DNA of 64,000 nt, from positions 56,149-120,148 of the forward strand of contig LBOM01000004.1 of NCBI GenBank assembly GCA_000989515.1, given 5' to 3'. Below are positions 1 through 10,172 of the stretch, piece after piece. Origin of the DNA: Candidatus Nomurabacteria bacterium GW2011_GWE1_32_28. Lineage in GTDB: Bacteria; Patescibacteriota; Minisyncoccia; Phycocordibacterales; UBA9973. A program made the translations under genes and the position numbers. Under the pieces are notes generated by a model. The model saw only the letters and a list, made by a program, of their open reading frames with translations, made no database searches and had not been told where the DNA came from. The number at the start of each line of letters is the position of its first letter. Position 1 is the stretch's first letter.

Positions 1-3000
1 CATCATATGGATTAGTTCTCGTCTGATCATAATTACTGTCAGTTGCATAACTAAGAACTGGATAAGATTTAATATTTGTACGGAATGTCACTACGACACT
101 ACTCTCAGTAATATCAGATACAACGGGTTTATCAATAAATGGAGGAATAAGTGAAGGTAAAATTGATTCGATTGTTGCTTCTATCTCTTCCTGAAATTGT
201 TCAATATTTTCAATACTTTTTAAATCTGAAACATCTTCAGTAAAAAATTTAGTTTTAAAAATCTTGTCTTCCGCAAAAGTTGCATTACCTGACTTATCTA
301 CGACAGTAACTTTTATATGATAGTCTGTACCCAATCTTAATCCTCCTAACTTAATAGTATGTTTTTTACTCCAAACATTATTTGCCGAATTGTCACCATA
401 GCCAGTATCTTTTCCGTATTCAACAAAGGACAAGGTATCTTCATCTGTATCAAAACTAACAAGAGCTTGAAACGGTGTAATATCAGAAATTTCTATATTT
501 GATATCAAAGGAGCTGTCGTATCAGGGATAAACATTGAAACATTATCATTATCTGGATTATTTGTAGTATAGTCATTAACTATTACTCTTGTTCTTGTAA
601 CAGTAACTACAGGTATAGTAGAAAATGTCTCTTCTGAAGATTGAGCAAGATTGTTAGATGAATCTGAAGATTTTACAACAAAAAAATAAGGAATATTCTC
701 AACTAAAGTATTATCAAACCCTTGATCATCTAAAGTAGAAGAACTTAACGTAACTACATGATAGATAGACAAAGTTGAATCTAATACTGTTGTATGGTCC
801 AAAACACCTGCTTCAGTACCATATGAAATTTGAGAAGTTGCTGGTTCATCTGTTGTCCACACAATAGCCGCTGCATTTGTAGTTATTACTGGAACAGAAA
901 TTTCTGTAATAATTGGTGGAGAGCTATCAATAACATTAACTGTTCTTGTTTCTGTCGCAGTACTTCCATCTACATCAGTTGCTAGATATGTAATTGTATT
1001 ACCAGTAGAAGCTGAAGCAGTACTAATAGTACCTATTACGGTGACATCCAAGCTATCACCCGAAATAGATGATACTGCTGTAGCTCCAGGATCTACAAAA
1101 ACATCACCCTTATCAACAGTCATCGGATTGTCTCCTGATAAAGTAATAATAGGAGGATTTGATTCCAAAGAAGAAAATGCAACATTTATAGTATGAGCAT
1201 CTACAACATTTGTAAATGTATATGTTTCCGCTACGATTAAAGAAACATCATCAACAATTAAAGAAGAAATTTGATAACCCTCATCTGGAGTAATTGTATA
1301 AATTTGATTGGTTGTTGATGGAACGGCTGTAACTCCAAGTGGAGAAATAGTTCCATTTGCACCAGCTGAAGCAGTAACATTATAAGTATCAGCATAAACA
1401 ATATTAACAGTTCTAGTTGCAGTAGCGCTATTTTTTGCAACATCAACTACTCTATAAGTTATTGAATAAGAACTTATAGCAGAAGTATTAATCGATCCAG
1501 TTGTTGTAATTGAAGAAGTAATGTCTCCATCTATATTATCTGTTGCTGTTGCACCAGGATCTACATATGTTTCGCCTTTTACTACTGATATCGGATTATC
1601 ACCCAATATTGTTATAACTGGTACTGTTGTATCTGGATTATCTGTAAAAGTAACAGCAATAGAGTGTGTAGCGATAACATTACTAAAAGTATAACTTAAA
1701 GCAGAAGCTATCTGCACTCCATCTATAGTAAGAGTATCAACACCATAACCCTCATCTGGAGTAATTGTATAAATTTGATTGGTTGTTGATGGAACGGCTG
1801 TAATTCCAAGTGGAGAAATAGTTCCATTTGCACCGGCTGAAGCAGTAATATTATAAGTATCCGAAAGAACTACATTTACTGTTCTTGTTTCAATAGAAGT
1901 ATTACCTACTAAATCAGTTGAAGAGTATGTTACAACATAAGAATCAACAACAGAAGTAACAACTACTCCAGATGTTGTTACTTCTGTTGCTCCATCTACT
2001 TCGTCTAAAGCTGTTGCACCTAATTCAGAATATACATTATCTTTAATTACTGACATTGGATTATCACCCAAAATTGTTATGACTGGTGGAGTTGTATCAT
2101 TTTCATTATTAGTAATTGTATATGTATGGGTTATGTTTGTACCCAATGTTGAATTACTTGGATTTGATAAAGTAATTATAATTGTCTCATTAGACTCAAC
2201 CAAAGAATCATCTACAACAGTTACTGAAATATTTGCAGTTGTTTGACCTGCTGAAATTGTTACAGTACCACTGGTAGCTAGTGTATAGTCTGTGCCACCA
2301 CTTGTTGCTGTTCCTCCAGAAACTGTATAATCAACAGCAATATCTTGATATGATGCAATAGAAAGAGAAACTGGAATAGTTACTGAAGTCACACTCTCTA
2401 GCCCACTTGAAGTAGTCGTGTCAAATGCAATAGTTGAAGCAGTATCATCATCTGTAATTGTATATGTATGAATTGTGTTTGTCCCCAATATTGAGTTATT
2501 TGGATTTGATAATGTAATCTCTATTGTCTCGCTAGATTCAAAAACAAGATCATCTACAACAGTTACTGAAATATTTGCAGTTGTTTGACCTGTTGAAATT
2601 GTTACAGTACCACTGGTAGCTAGTGTATAGTCTGTGCCACCACTTGTTGCTGTTCCTCCAGAAACTGTATAATCAACAGTAGTATCAGAACCAGAAACTG
2701 CTGAAAGAGTGATTGGAATATCTATTGAAGTTACACTTTCTAAGCCACTTGATGTAGTTGTATCAAATGCAATAGTTGGAGCATCATCATCATCTGTAAT
2801 TGTATATGTATAAATCGTATTTGATCCTAATATTGAATTTATTGGATTAGATAAAGTAATTATAATGGTTTCATTATTTTCTTCTAAGGAATCATCAACG
2901 ATAGTGACTGAAACACTTGCAGTTGTTTGCCCTGCTGTAATAGTTGCAGTACCTGAGGCAAGAGTATAATCTGAACCACCACCTGTTGCTGTACCTGAGA

Positions 3001-6000
3001 TAGTATAATCTACAGTAGAATTAAACGGATATGCTCTAGCTAAAGTAATACCAAATGTAGCTGAAGCGACACTTTCAAGATCAGAAGAAGCTGTAGAATT
3101 AAACGCGATAGCAGGAACAGTCAAATCAAAAGTATTTAATATTCCATTTTCAGAATAATCATTTTGACTTGAAACAGGTCCTGATCCAGGATCTTGATTA
3201 TCATGAACCAAAACTCTTATTCCAACATTAGAGTATGAACTTCCGACAAGAGCAGATTCATCATAAATAGTCCATCCTATCGATCCATCTTGTCCAGAAG
3301 ATATTGTACTATTTGTAATAGTAGTAGGTGTCGTTGTATTTGCAATTACCCATACTGGAGTACCAGCAAAGAAAGTAAGATTCTGTCTTGTTGCACGAGG
3401 AGCTATTGGCCATGTACCACGAGTAAGACCAGTCAAAGTATTTCCAGTTTTTCCTGTGTAATATATTACTTCATTATTTACTTGAATATAACCAGATGAT
3501 TGTAATTTTGATGCATCTGATACTGTAAGATTTCCTCCAGAATAAGCATTGGATGGTAAGGTAATTCCAATGTTGTAAAATATACGAGCATCATAAGAAG
3601 GATTAATTTTCTGAGATAAAGAAGCATCTGTTAATCTATAAGTAACAGTAACATCTTTATTAGTTTCTTGAGTAGGAACAACATTTTCTACTTTTGATGC
3701 AGTAGCCACACTTCCACCTCCACCTTCACCATAGTTTTGAACTCCATCTGGTTTTGCTGTAGTATATGCTCCTGCACGAACAGAAGTATTCTCATCAGTT
3801 CCTACTACTCCTAATCTATATCTATAAAATTTTGTTGAATCTAAATTTCTATGAACATAATAATTTGTAACAGGGTTAGACATACCATCTCCAACTGAAG
3901 CATATGATCCATAAGTCACGTTGTCTGTTGAAGTTGCATATTCTAAATTATAAGAAGCAAAACCTGTTGTATCATCTAATGCCTTCCAACCTATATACAT
4001 ATCGTAAGATGGAATAGTAATATTAGATGTATCTTGTACTAGAAATGAAGTTGCGAGAATTGGAGATAATGTAGAAGTTGAAACTTCATCAGTTGTATTT
4101 CCATAAGCATCTCTAAATTGATATTTTAATGTTTTTATTTCTACATCAGAATCAAAAGTCCATGGTATTGTCGTACTACTCGTAATACTTGTCCATCCTG
4201 TTGTCGTAACATCCGCCTCTGAAGCACCATCAGTAATCAAATATTCTATAGCAGAAATATCTGTAGGTATCGGAATAGTGATAATCGCACTATCTACTAC
4301 ACCAGCACTTCCTGCATCAAATGTAATAATTGCAGTAGGTTTTTTTGCGTCAAAAATAAATGCAGAAGAAACGAGTGAACCTATCATAGATCCAGTAGAT
4401 CCATCATTGACTACAACTTTTATTGTTTCAGTTGCATTCTCGTATCCATCTGCGTCTGTTGCTGCTGTCCAAGATATTACTTTTCCTGTACCAATATTTG
4501 ATAATCCAATACCCGTACCTGTTGCGGAAGAAGCATATAAATAAATTGAAGCTCCTGTAGTATGTGCAAATGCTATAGTACTCAATGCTCCTCTTGTAAG
4601 AGTTTGTAGATCATTTTCTGATTTACTTGCATAAGAAATCATTTCATCATCTATCAGAATAGTTCCAGAAGATGGTAAATGTGTCGCATCAGAAACTGTG
4701 AGTGTTGTTGCTCCACTTGTGATAGTTTCATTCAAAGTAGCGTCAACTAAATAATATAAATAGTTTGTAGTTTGAGAAGATTCAACATCCGTGACATCAT
4801 AGCCGACAGTCACCACTCCACTTAATGCCATAGAAGCTGTGATGTTAGAAACTACTGGAGGAGAATTTACAAATTTAAATGAAAGAGCTTGAACAGGACT
4901 TTCTTCGTTAAGAGCGCTATCTATAGATTTAATATGAATTAAATAAATATGATTTATGACTAATGGTACTGTTGAAGAATCAAAACTCCAAGTGTTTGTG
5001 CCTGTAGTAGTGATATATGTTTCTGTAGCATCTGTAAAAGATGTCCCACTATACCATTTGTCTACAGAAACATCAGTATCTTTTATAGAAATTTGAACAG
5101 AATCAATTCCAGATCCACCTACATTGTCTGTTGCGGTTCCTAAAATCGATTGTACACTGTATGTTTCTTGGGGGCTTACAGATTGTCCAGGAGTTGTACA
5201 CCCATTTCCTGCAACACTACAAATTGCTGTGATTGTAGAAGATAAAGGGACAGTATTGTCATAAGTTCTATTTAGTTGTGTTGCTACAGAATTAACATTT
5301 CCTAAAGCATCTGTTGCTACACCTCCTGCTATGTCTACTGACACTGTTCCATCTGCTGTAGGAGTGACTACAAAAGTATATGTTGTACCACTTCCTGCAA
5401 AAGTTCCTGCTGTACCATTTGTAATAGTTATATCTCCTATTACAAAATCTGAAACTGATTCATTAAATGTAGCTGTGACATCTATGTTTCCATTTGTTGG
5501 GTCTGATGTTTCTGAAGTCATAACAACTGTAGGACCAGAAGTATCAATATTAAATGTCGCATTAGTCGGAGCACTAGATGCATTTCCTGCTGTATCTGTA
5601 GTAGCAGAAAGAGAAACTGTAGCTACACCATCTACATATGTACTTCCATCTGTACCACTTCCTGTCATAGCTACATTTGTAATATCTGTAGTTCCAGGTT
5701 GGTTAATAGAAATGTTTGGTGTTGTGGAAGGTGCTTCACTGTATGTAGCTGTGACTGTCATTGCTCCTGCTCCTGCTGGGTCAGAGCTATAGGTTAGAGC
5801 TACTGTTGGACCAACAGAGTCTATTGTAAATGTCGCATTAGTCGGAGCACTAGATGCATTTCCTGCTGTATCTGTAGTAGCAGAAAGAGAAACTGTAGCT
5901 ACACCATCTACATATGTACTTCCATCTGTACCACTTCCTGTCATAGCTACATTTGTAATATCTGTAGTTCCAGTTTGGTTAATAGAAATGTTTGGTGTTG

Positions 6001-7069
6001 TAGTTGGAGCTTCGTTGTATGTAGCTGTGATTGTCATTGGTGCTACACTAGTTGTAGAGTAATACGCTACACTATTTGGTGTAAAGTTAGATCCATCTGT
6101 TGGAAATGGATTATTTGTATTCCATCTTATTTCATCCATGCCTTGAGGATTTGCTGCATAACTATAATTCATCTTAACAGCACTTATTGTATTAGTATCT
6201 GTTCCAATTACATTAGTTGCAGTAGCTTTAAGTACACCCCCTACAAACAATCTCCATGTATCTCCACTACGTTGTATCGCTACATGTGTCCAGACTCCAT
6301 TTGTAAAAGCAAGTGGTACATTCCAAGAAATACCTGGTAAATTTACGTTTAAGTCACGACCTACAGAAGTCTCAGATACTACCAAACTACCTATAGATCC
6401 AACTACTTCAAACATATTAAAATTGGCCCCGCTAGTATTATGTAAATGCCAAAAATCTAAAGACCACTGAGAATTCGCTCTCCAGTCAAAATCCTGTAAA
6501 TTATTAGTTATATTTACATATCCGTAACTCCCATTAACAGCTTTACCTGAATATTTATATGAACCATATTTACCACCAGCTAATATCCCAGAATCATTAA
6601 TATATGTTAATGTATGCCTACTCATTCTATCACCACTATTGTCTGCCTCAGCATTTAACCAAAGTTTAGTTGAATCAGAAATACCATTTGAATCAATTGT
6701 TATTGCTCCTGCTGGTGCTGGATTAGAGCTATATGTTAGGGCTACTGTTGGACCAAAATCTGCGGTTATAGATAATGTTCCTGCAATTGAATCAAGTTTA
6801 CTAATAAATATGTCAGTACCACCTGCTGAAGTTAAATTATATACACCTGCTCCTGGATCAAAATCTACTGTGTCATTAAAATATCCTGTTGTATATATAT
6901 TACCACTAGAATCAATTACAATAGAATTACTATAATCATTAGAAATACCACCTATGCCTTTTGCCCAAACAAAATTACCAGATGAATCAAGTTTACTAAT
7001 AAATATGTCAGTACCACCTGCTGAAGTTAAATTATACACACTTGCCCCTGGGTCAAAATCTGCTGTGCC
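1..7069 (-). CDS. giant secreted multidomain surface/adhesin-like protein, main body (partial: continues beyond position 1; out of frame with its own signal-peptide ORF at 7071-7514)
   Basis: No complete minus ORF is listed across 1-7070, consistent with one frame running off the window edge; all plus-strand ORFs listed here are short, low-complexity antisense artefacts. My own reverse-complement translation gives a single open frame with SBBP-type beta-propeller repeats (GGISNDYSNSIVIDSSGNIYTTGYFNDTVDFDPGAGVYNLTSAGGTDIFISKLDSSGNFVWAKG), a LamG/concanavalin-like segment (~6100-6600), tandem 92-aa Ig-like units, three Calx-beta units (DYTLATSGTVTISTGQTTANISVTVVDD..ETIEITLSNP), DUF5011/HYR-like units (ITILGDNPMSV..) and FN3-like segments. 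Confidence 0.75.
2111..3140 (-). repeat. three tandem ~342-nt units each encoding a Calx-beta domain
   Basis: unit starts gtaattgtatatgta at 2111, 2454 and 2796; each translates to the DYT..G.V.IS.GQTTA.ISVT.VDD...E..E...ITLSNP Calx-beta signature. Confidence 0.65.
5553..6104 (-). repeat. two tandem ~276-nt (92-aa) near-identical Ig-like domain units
   Basis: aatgtcgcattagtcggagcactagatgcatttcctgctgtatctgtagtagcagaaagagaaactgtagc... occurs at 5553 and again at 5829 with ~90% identity. Confidence 0.7.
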
Positions 7070-7140
7070 ATTAAAAGATCCTGTTATATATATAACCACT
7101 AGAATCAACTACGATAGAATTACTAACATCATTAGAAATA
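6780..7140 (-). repeat. two tandem ~180-nt SBBP-type repeat units inside the giant gene
   Basis: near-identical nucleotide blocks 6780-6960 and 6960-7140; also visible as similar antisense peptides in ORFs 6639-6935 and 6954-7190. Confidence 0.7.
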
Positions 7141-7514
7141 CCACCCATCTTTTTTACAAACCCAAAAACAGTAATTTCATACGTTGTTGATAAATTTCCA
7201 TTTCCATCAATATCTGTAGCAACATCTGCTGGTACATCCACCACAACCACTCCATCCGTTGAAGGAGTAACTATAAAAGTATATGTAGTACCACTTCCTG
7301 AGAATGTACCTACTGTTCCATTTATTACTAAAATATCTCCTACTGCGAAATTTGACACTGATTCACTAAATGTAGCTGTAACATTTATGTTTTCATTCGT
7401 TGGATCTGAATTTGTCGAAGTTAATATCACGGTAGGATTATCAGTAGCATACACCTTATCAAAAGATACAGTAATAAAAGAAAAGATCAAAACAAAAACA
7501 ACAATTGGCATCAT
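7071..7514 (-). CDS. N-terminal fragment of the giant surface protein (signal peptide plus first repeat), cut off by a frameshift
   Basis: ORF 7071-7799(-). The signal peptide MMPIVVFVLIFSFITVSFDKVYA starts at the internal ATG at 7514; the 95 upstream K/R-rich codons cannot precede a signal peptide. The ORF stops after ..VVDSSGYIYNRIF where the paralogous downstream unit reads VIDSSGNIYTTGYFN. Confidence 0.6.
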   Translation of the reverse strand: MMPIVVFVLIFSFITVSFDKVYATDNPTVILTSTNSDPTNENINVTATFSESVSNFAVGDILVINGTVGTFSGSGTTYTFIVTPSTDGVVVVDVPADVATDIDGNGNLSTTYEITVFGFVKKMGGISNDVSNSIVVDSSGYIYNRIF

Positions 7515-8148
7515 TTTTATTTTTCTTATTTGTTTCAAAAAATAAATAGCATTTTGTATAACATAAAAACTTTTTTTTATTTTCTTATTCATTTTTTTTG
7601 TAATATTTTGCATTTTTGTATTCTCTTCTTTTCTATTTATTCGTAATCTATTTTTTAATTTTAATTTTATCCTACTAAAAAATCTTCTTCTGTTTAGAGA
7701 AATTTTATCTGGCAATTTTATTTGTTTAAAAAACAAGAGAGCTCGTAAGAGCACTTTTCTTCTAAATGAATTTATTAATTTATTTTTTATTTTTTTCAAA
7801 ATATTTTTAGCTCCTTAATTACTTAAATTATATCATAAAAAAACACTGAATTTAAAAACAAAAACTGTTAATAACCCTTATTTCATAAAAAGAAAATTTA
7901 AATTTAATTTTTGTTTAAAATTTATAAAAATTATTTTAAAAAGAAGAATTTATGTATTAGAAAGTTCAAAAAATTTATAATCATAATTATAGAATAAATT
8001 AGAGTAGAAAGAAGAAATAACATTAAAGGATTGATAAATTCTTACCTTATTTATTAAAAATTTATGAAAAATTAACAATCTTAAAATATATAGTTTTATA
8101 TGACTTTTATACGCTAGATATGATCAAACATTAATAAACGATAATAAT

Positions 8149-8177
8149 TTGCATAGTAATGTTTAGTAATGTATACT
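8149..8177 (+). promoter_or_regulatory. sigma70-like promoter (-35 TTGCAT, 17-nt spacer, -10 TATACT) ending 6 nt before ATG 8184
   Basis: ttgcat(8149-8154), agtaatgtttagtaatg, tatact(8172-8177), attgtt, ATG. Confidence 0.45.
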
Positions 8178-8183
8178 ATTGTT

Positions 8184-8468
8184 ATGGATAAACAATATAT
8201 AAATATAAAAGAAGCATCAGAGATACTCGGTGTATCAAAGCTCACTCTTCGCAACTGGGATAGAGATGGCAAACTATCTGCTCTGAGACACCCAATAAGT
8301 AACTATAGAGTCTACAAAGTTGAAGACTTGAAAGGGATACTCGATAAAATGGAATCAGGTGAAAAACCCACTATTTTGAGGAAAAGAGGATCTTCTTCCC
8401 CCTCTAGAAAGAAAGATATAGAAAAGACAAAAACTTATAATCTAAAAGATTTACTTTCTAGGGAATAA
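8184..8468 (+). CDS. MerR/excisionase-type HTH DNA-binding protein
   Basis: IKEASEILGVSKLTLRNWDRDGKL helix-turn-helix; the first ATG of the ORF (8169) sits inside the -10 box, so the second ATG at 8184 is the likelier start. Confidence 0.6.
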   Translation: MDKQYINIKEASEILGVSKLTLRNWDRDGKLSALRHPISNYRVYKVEDLKGILDKMESGEKPTILRKRGSSSPSRKKDIEKTKTYNLKDLLSRE

Positions 8469-8489
8469 AAAAACAATATACTTTTTTTA

Positions 8490-9284
8490 CTAATAATATT
8501 TCTCAATATTTTTCTTATGCTCTTCATAGGTTACAGAACAATGAATCTTTCTATTCTTATCATGAAGATAATACATACATTTTGTTTTCTGTGGATTGTA
8601 TGCAGCAGTGATAGCACTAAGACCAGGGTTTGCTATCGGAGCAGGAGGAAGTCCTTCGTGTAAATATGTATTGTAGGAAGATTCTATTTTTTTATCTTGA
8701 GAGTTAACTTTCCTCCACCAACCTTCTTCCTCGCTACCTTTAGCATACTGCAGGGTAGCATCTATCTGTAATCTCATTCCATCAAAAATACGATTCCAAA
8801 TAATTCCAGATATTAGATTCATATCACTTTTTCCTGCTGCTTCTCGTTGAATGATAGACGCTATCTTTAAAGCAGTATCCTCATTCATTATTTCTTTTGA
8901 TTTTGTTTTTTTAATTTGGTCTGTTTGTTTTGAAAATTCATCAAACATAGTAGCACCGACCTCTTGTGGATTTTCATTCCTATTAAATAAATAAGTTTTA
9001 GGAAAATATTGTCCTTCTAGATCTTTGGTATTTAAAGCGAGATGTATATTTATAAAATCATTTTTTTCTTTTTCATCCCAACCAAGTTTCTTCACCATTA
9101 TCTCTGCTATCTCTTCTTTACGCAAACCTTCTTGTACTCTGACTATACTTACATTTGGATTTGCTAAATCTAAATAAAAAGAAAGCTTCGCCAGAAGAGA
9201 AGGATCTAATTGATAGGAGTAAATTATCCCCGACAAAACACCAATTAATAAAACAAGTATCCCAATATAATATTTTAATTTCAT
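8490..9284 (-). CDS. mltG: endolytic murein transglycosylase MltG (YceG family)
   Basis: N-terminal TM helix MKLKYYIGILVLLIGVLSG; motifs IASIIQREA, ISGIIWNRI..GMRLQIDATLQY, YNTYLHEGLPPAPIANPG; start moved to the internal ATG at 9284. Confidence 0.8.
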   Translation of the reverse strand: MKLKYYIGILVLLIGVLSGIIYSYQLDPSLLAKLSFYLDLANPNVSIVRVQEGLRKEEIAEIMVKKLGWDEKEKNDFINIHLALNTKDLEGQYFPKTYLFNRNENPQEVGATMFDEFSKQTDQIKKTKSKEIMNEDTALKIASIIQREAAGKSDMNLISGIIWNRIFDGMRLQIDATLQYAKGSEEEGWWRKVNSQDKKIESSYNTYLHEGLPPAPIANPGLSAITAAYNPQKTKCMYYLHDKNRKIHCSVTYEEHKKNIEKYY

Positions 9285-9348
9285 ATATTTATTATAACAA
9301 TATAACAAAATTAAAAAAGCCTTTGGTATAAACCGCCGGCTTTTTAAC

Positions 9349-9525
9349 TTAAAGTTTTGTCCCACATTTTGGACAAAACTGCAATTTGGGATCAATATTA
9401 TTATTGCAATTTTTACAAACTAATTTTGTACCTGGAAAAATTTTTAATAAAAATTTTTCCAAATTAGTTAATTCTCTTCCTTCTATTACGGTAGAAGAAA
9501 GAACAAAATTCCTATTATTCTTCAT
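9349..9525 (-). CDS. small zinc-ribbon protein (58 aa), absent from the ORF track
   Basis: own translation: MKNNRNFVLSSTVIEGRELTNLEKFLLKIFPGTKLVCKNCNNNIDPKLQFCPKCGTKL*, with CxxC..CxxC. Confidence 0.4.
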   Translation of the reverse strand: MKNNRNFVLSSTVIEGRELTNLEKFLLKIFPGTKLVCKNCNNNIDPKLQFCPKCGTKL

Positions 9526-9602
9526 AAGAACCTCTTCTTTAATTTACCCTTAATAATACATATTTATAACAAAAAGTCAAGTTATAATAAATTATATAAA
9601 CC

Positions 9603-9628
9603 AAAAACCCACCTTACGGTGGGTTTTT
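9603..9628. terminator. hairpin plus U-tract (aaaaacccaccttacggtgggttttt)
   Basis: 6-bp GC stem cccacc/ggtggg flanked by A-run and T-run. Confidence 0.4.
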
Positions 9629-9734
9629 AGCGGCACTTATGTTATTTACGATAAATGTGAATTTGACCTCACACTCACAAAGTAAATATAGCATATATTA
9701 AACAAAAAAGCAAGTTTTTTAGGAGCATCTTGCA

Positions 9735-9763
9735 TTTACTTTTATATAAGTTTGTTTTATAAT
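9735..9763 (+). promoter_or_regulatory. candidate rnpB promoter (-35 TTTACT, 17 nt, -10 TATAAT)
   Basis: tataat at 9758-9763, 5 nt upstream of the RNase P RNA P1 start. Confidence 0.4.
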
Positions 9764-9767
9764 TAAA

Positions 9768-10126
9768 ATAGTCTTGCGTTAGATAGTTTAAGCTATAATT
9801 TTATTATAGTTAGGAAAGTCCGAACACAATGATCCCCTTTTGGGGTGGGAATAATAGTGGGTAACGCCCACATATAGCAATATATAGGTGCGAACAGAGA
9901 CGTTCTATAGCGAAAGCTCTAGAATGCCATACAGGCAACTGTGTGGTAAGCTCTACAGTGATGTAGAAGATGAAACGGCTAAATCCTTATTTTTGTGCAA
10001 GATCGTACTCTAGTTTCGGCTAGAGAGAATCGCTCGAGTCTATCAGTAATGATAGACCTAGATAAATAGCTATCACCCAAACTTTAGTTTGAGAACAGAA
10101 TTCGGCTTATAGACACAAGACTACAA
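9768..10126 (+). ncRNA. rnpB: RNase P RNA (bacterial type A)
   Basis: P4 GGAAAGTCCGAAC; GGGTAACGCCCAC; GATGAAACGGC; ACAGAATTCGGCTTATAG; P1 closure TAGTCTTG(9769) with CAAGACTA(10116). Confidence 0.8.
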
Positions 10127-10130
10127 TATG

Positions 10131-10160
10131 AAAAATCCTCTCTTACGAGAGGATTTTTCT
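10131..10160. terminator. bidirectional rho-independent terminator between rnpB(+) and nrdJ(-)
   Basis: aaaaatcctctcttacgagaggattttt: 8-bp stem, loop ttac, U-runs on both strands. Confidence 0.65.
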
Positions 10161-10172
10161 ATTTAATTATTT

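Noticed and set aside
3290-7190. Plus-strand ORFs 3290-3499, 4278-4544, 5331-5792, 5975-6340, 6639-6935, 6954-7190
   Set aside because: All are antisense to the giant minus-strand surface-protein frame, low-complexity (S/T/V-rich) and mirror its internal repeats; not independent genes.
7515-7799. 95-codon K/R-rich N-terminal extension of ORF 7071-7799 (MKKIKNKLINSFRRK...)
   Set aside because: A signal peptide (MMPIVVFVLIFSF..) must be N-terminal; the extension is AT-rich intergenic sequence read through to an upstream ATG. Start set to 7514.
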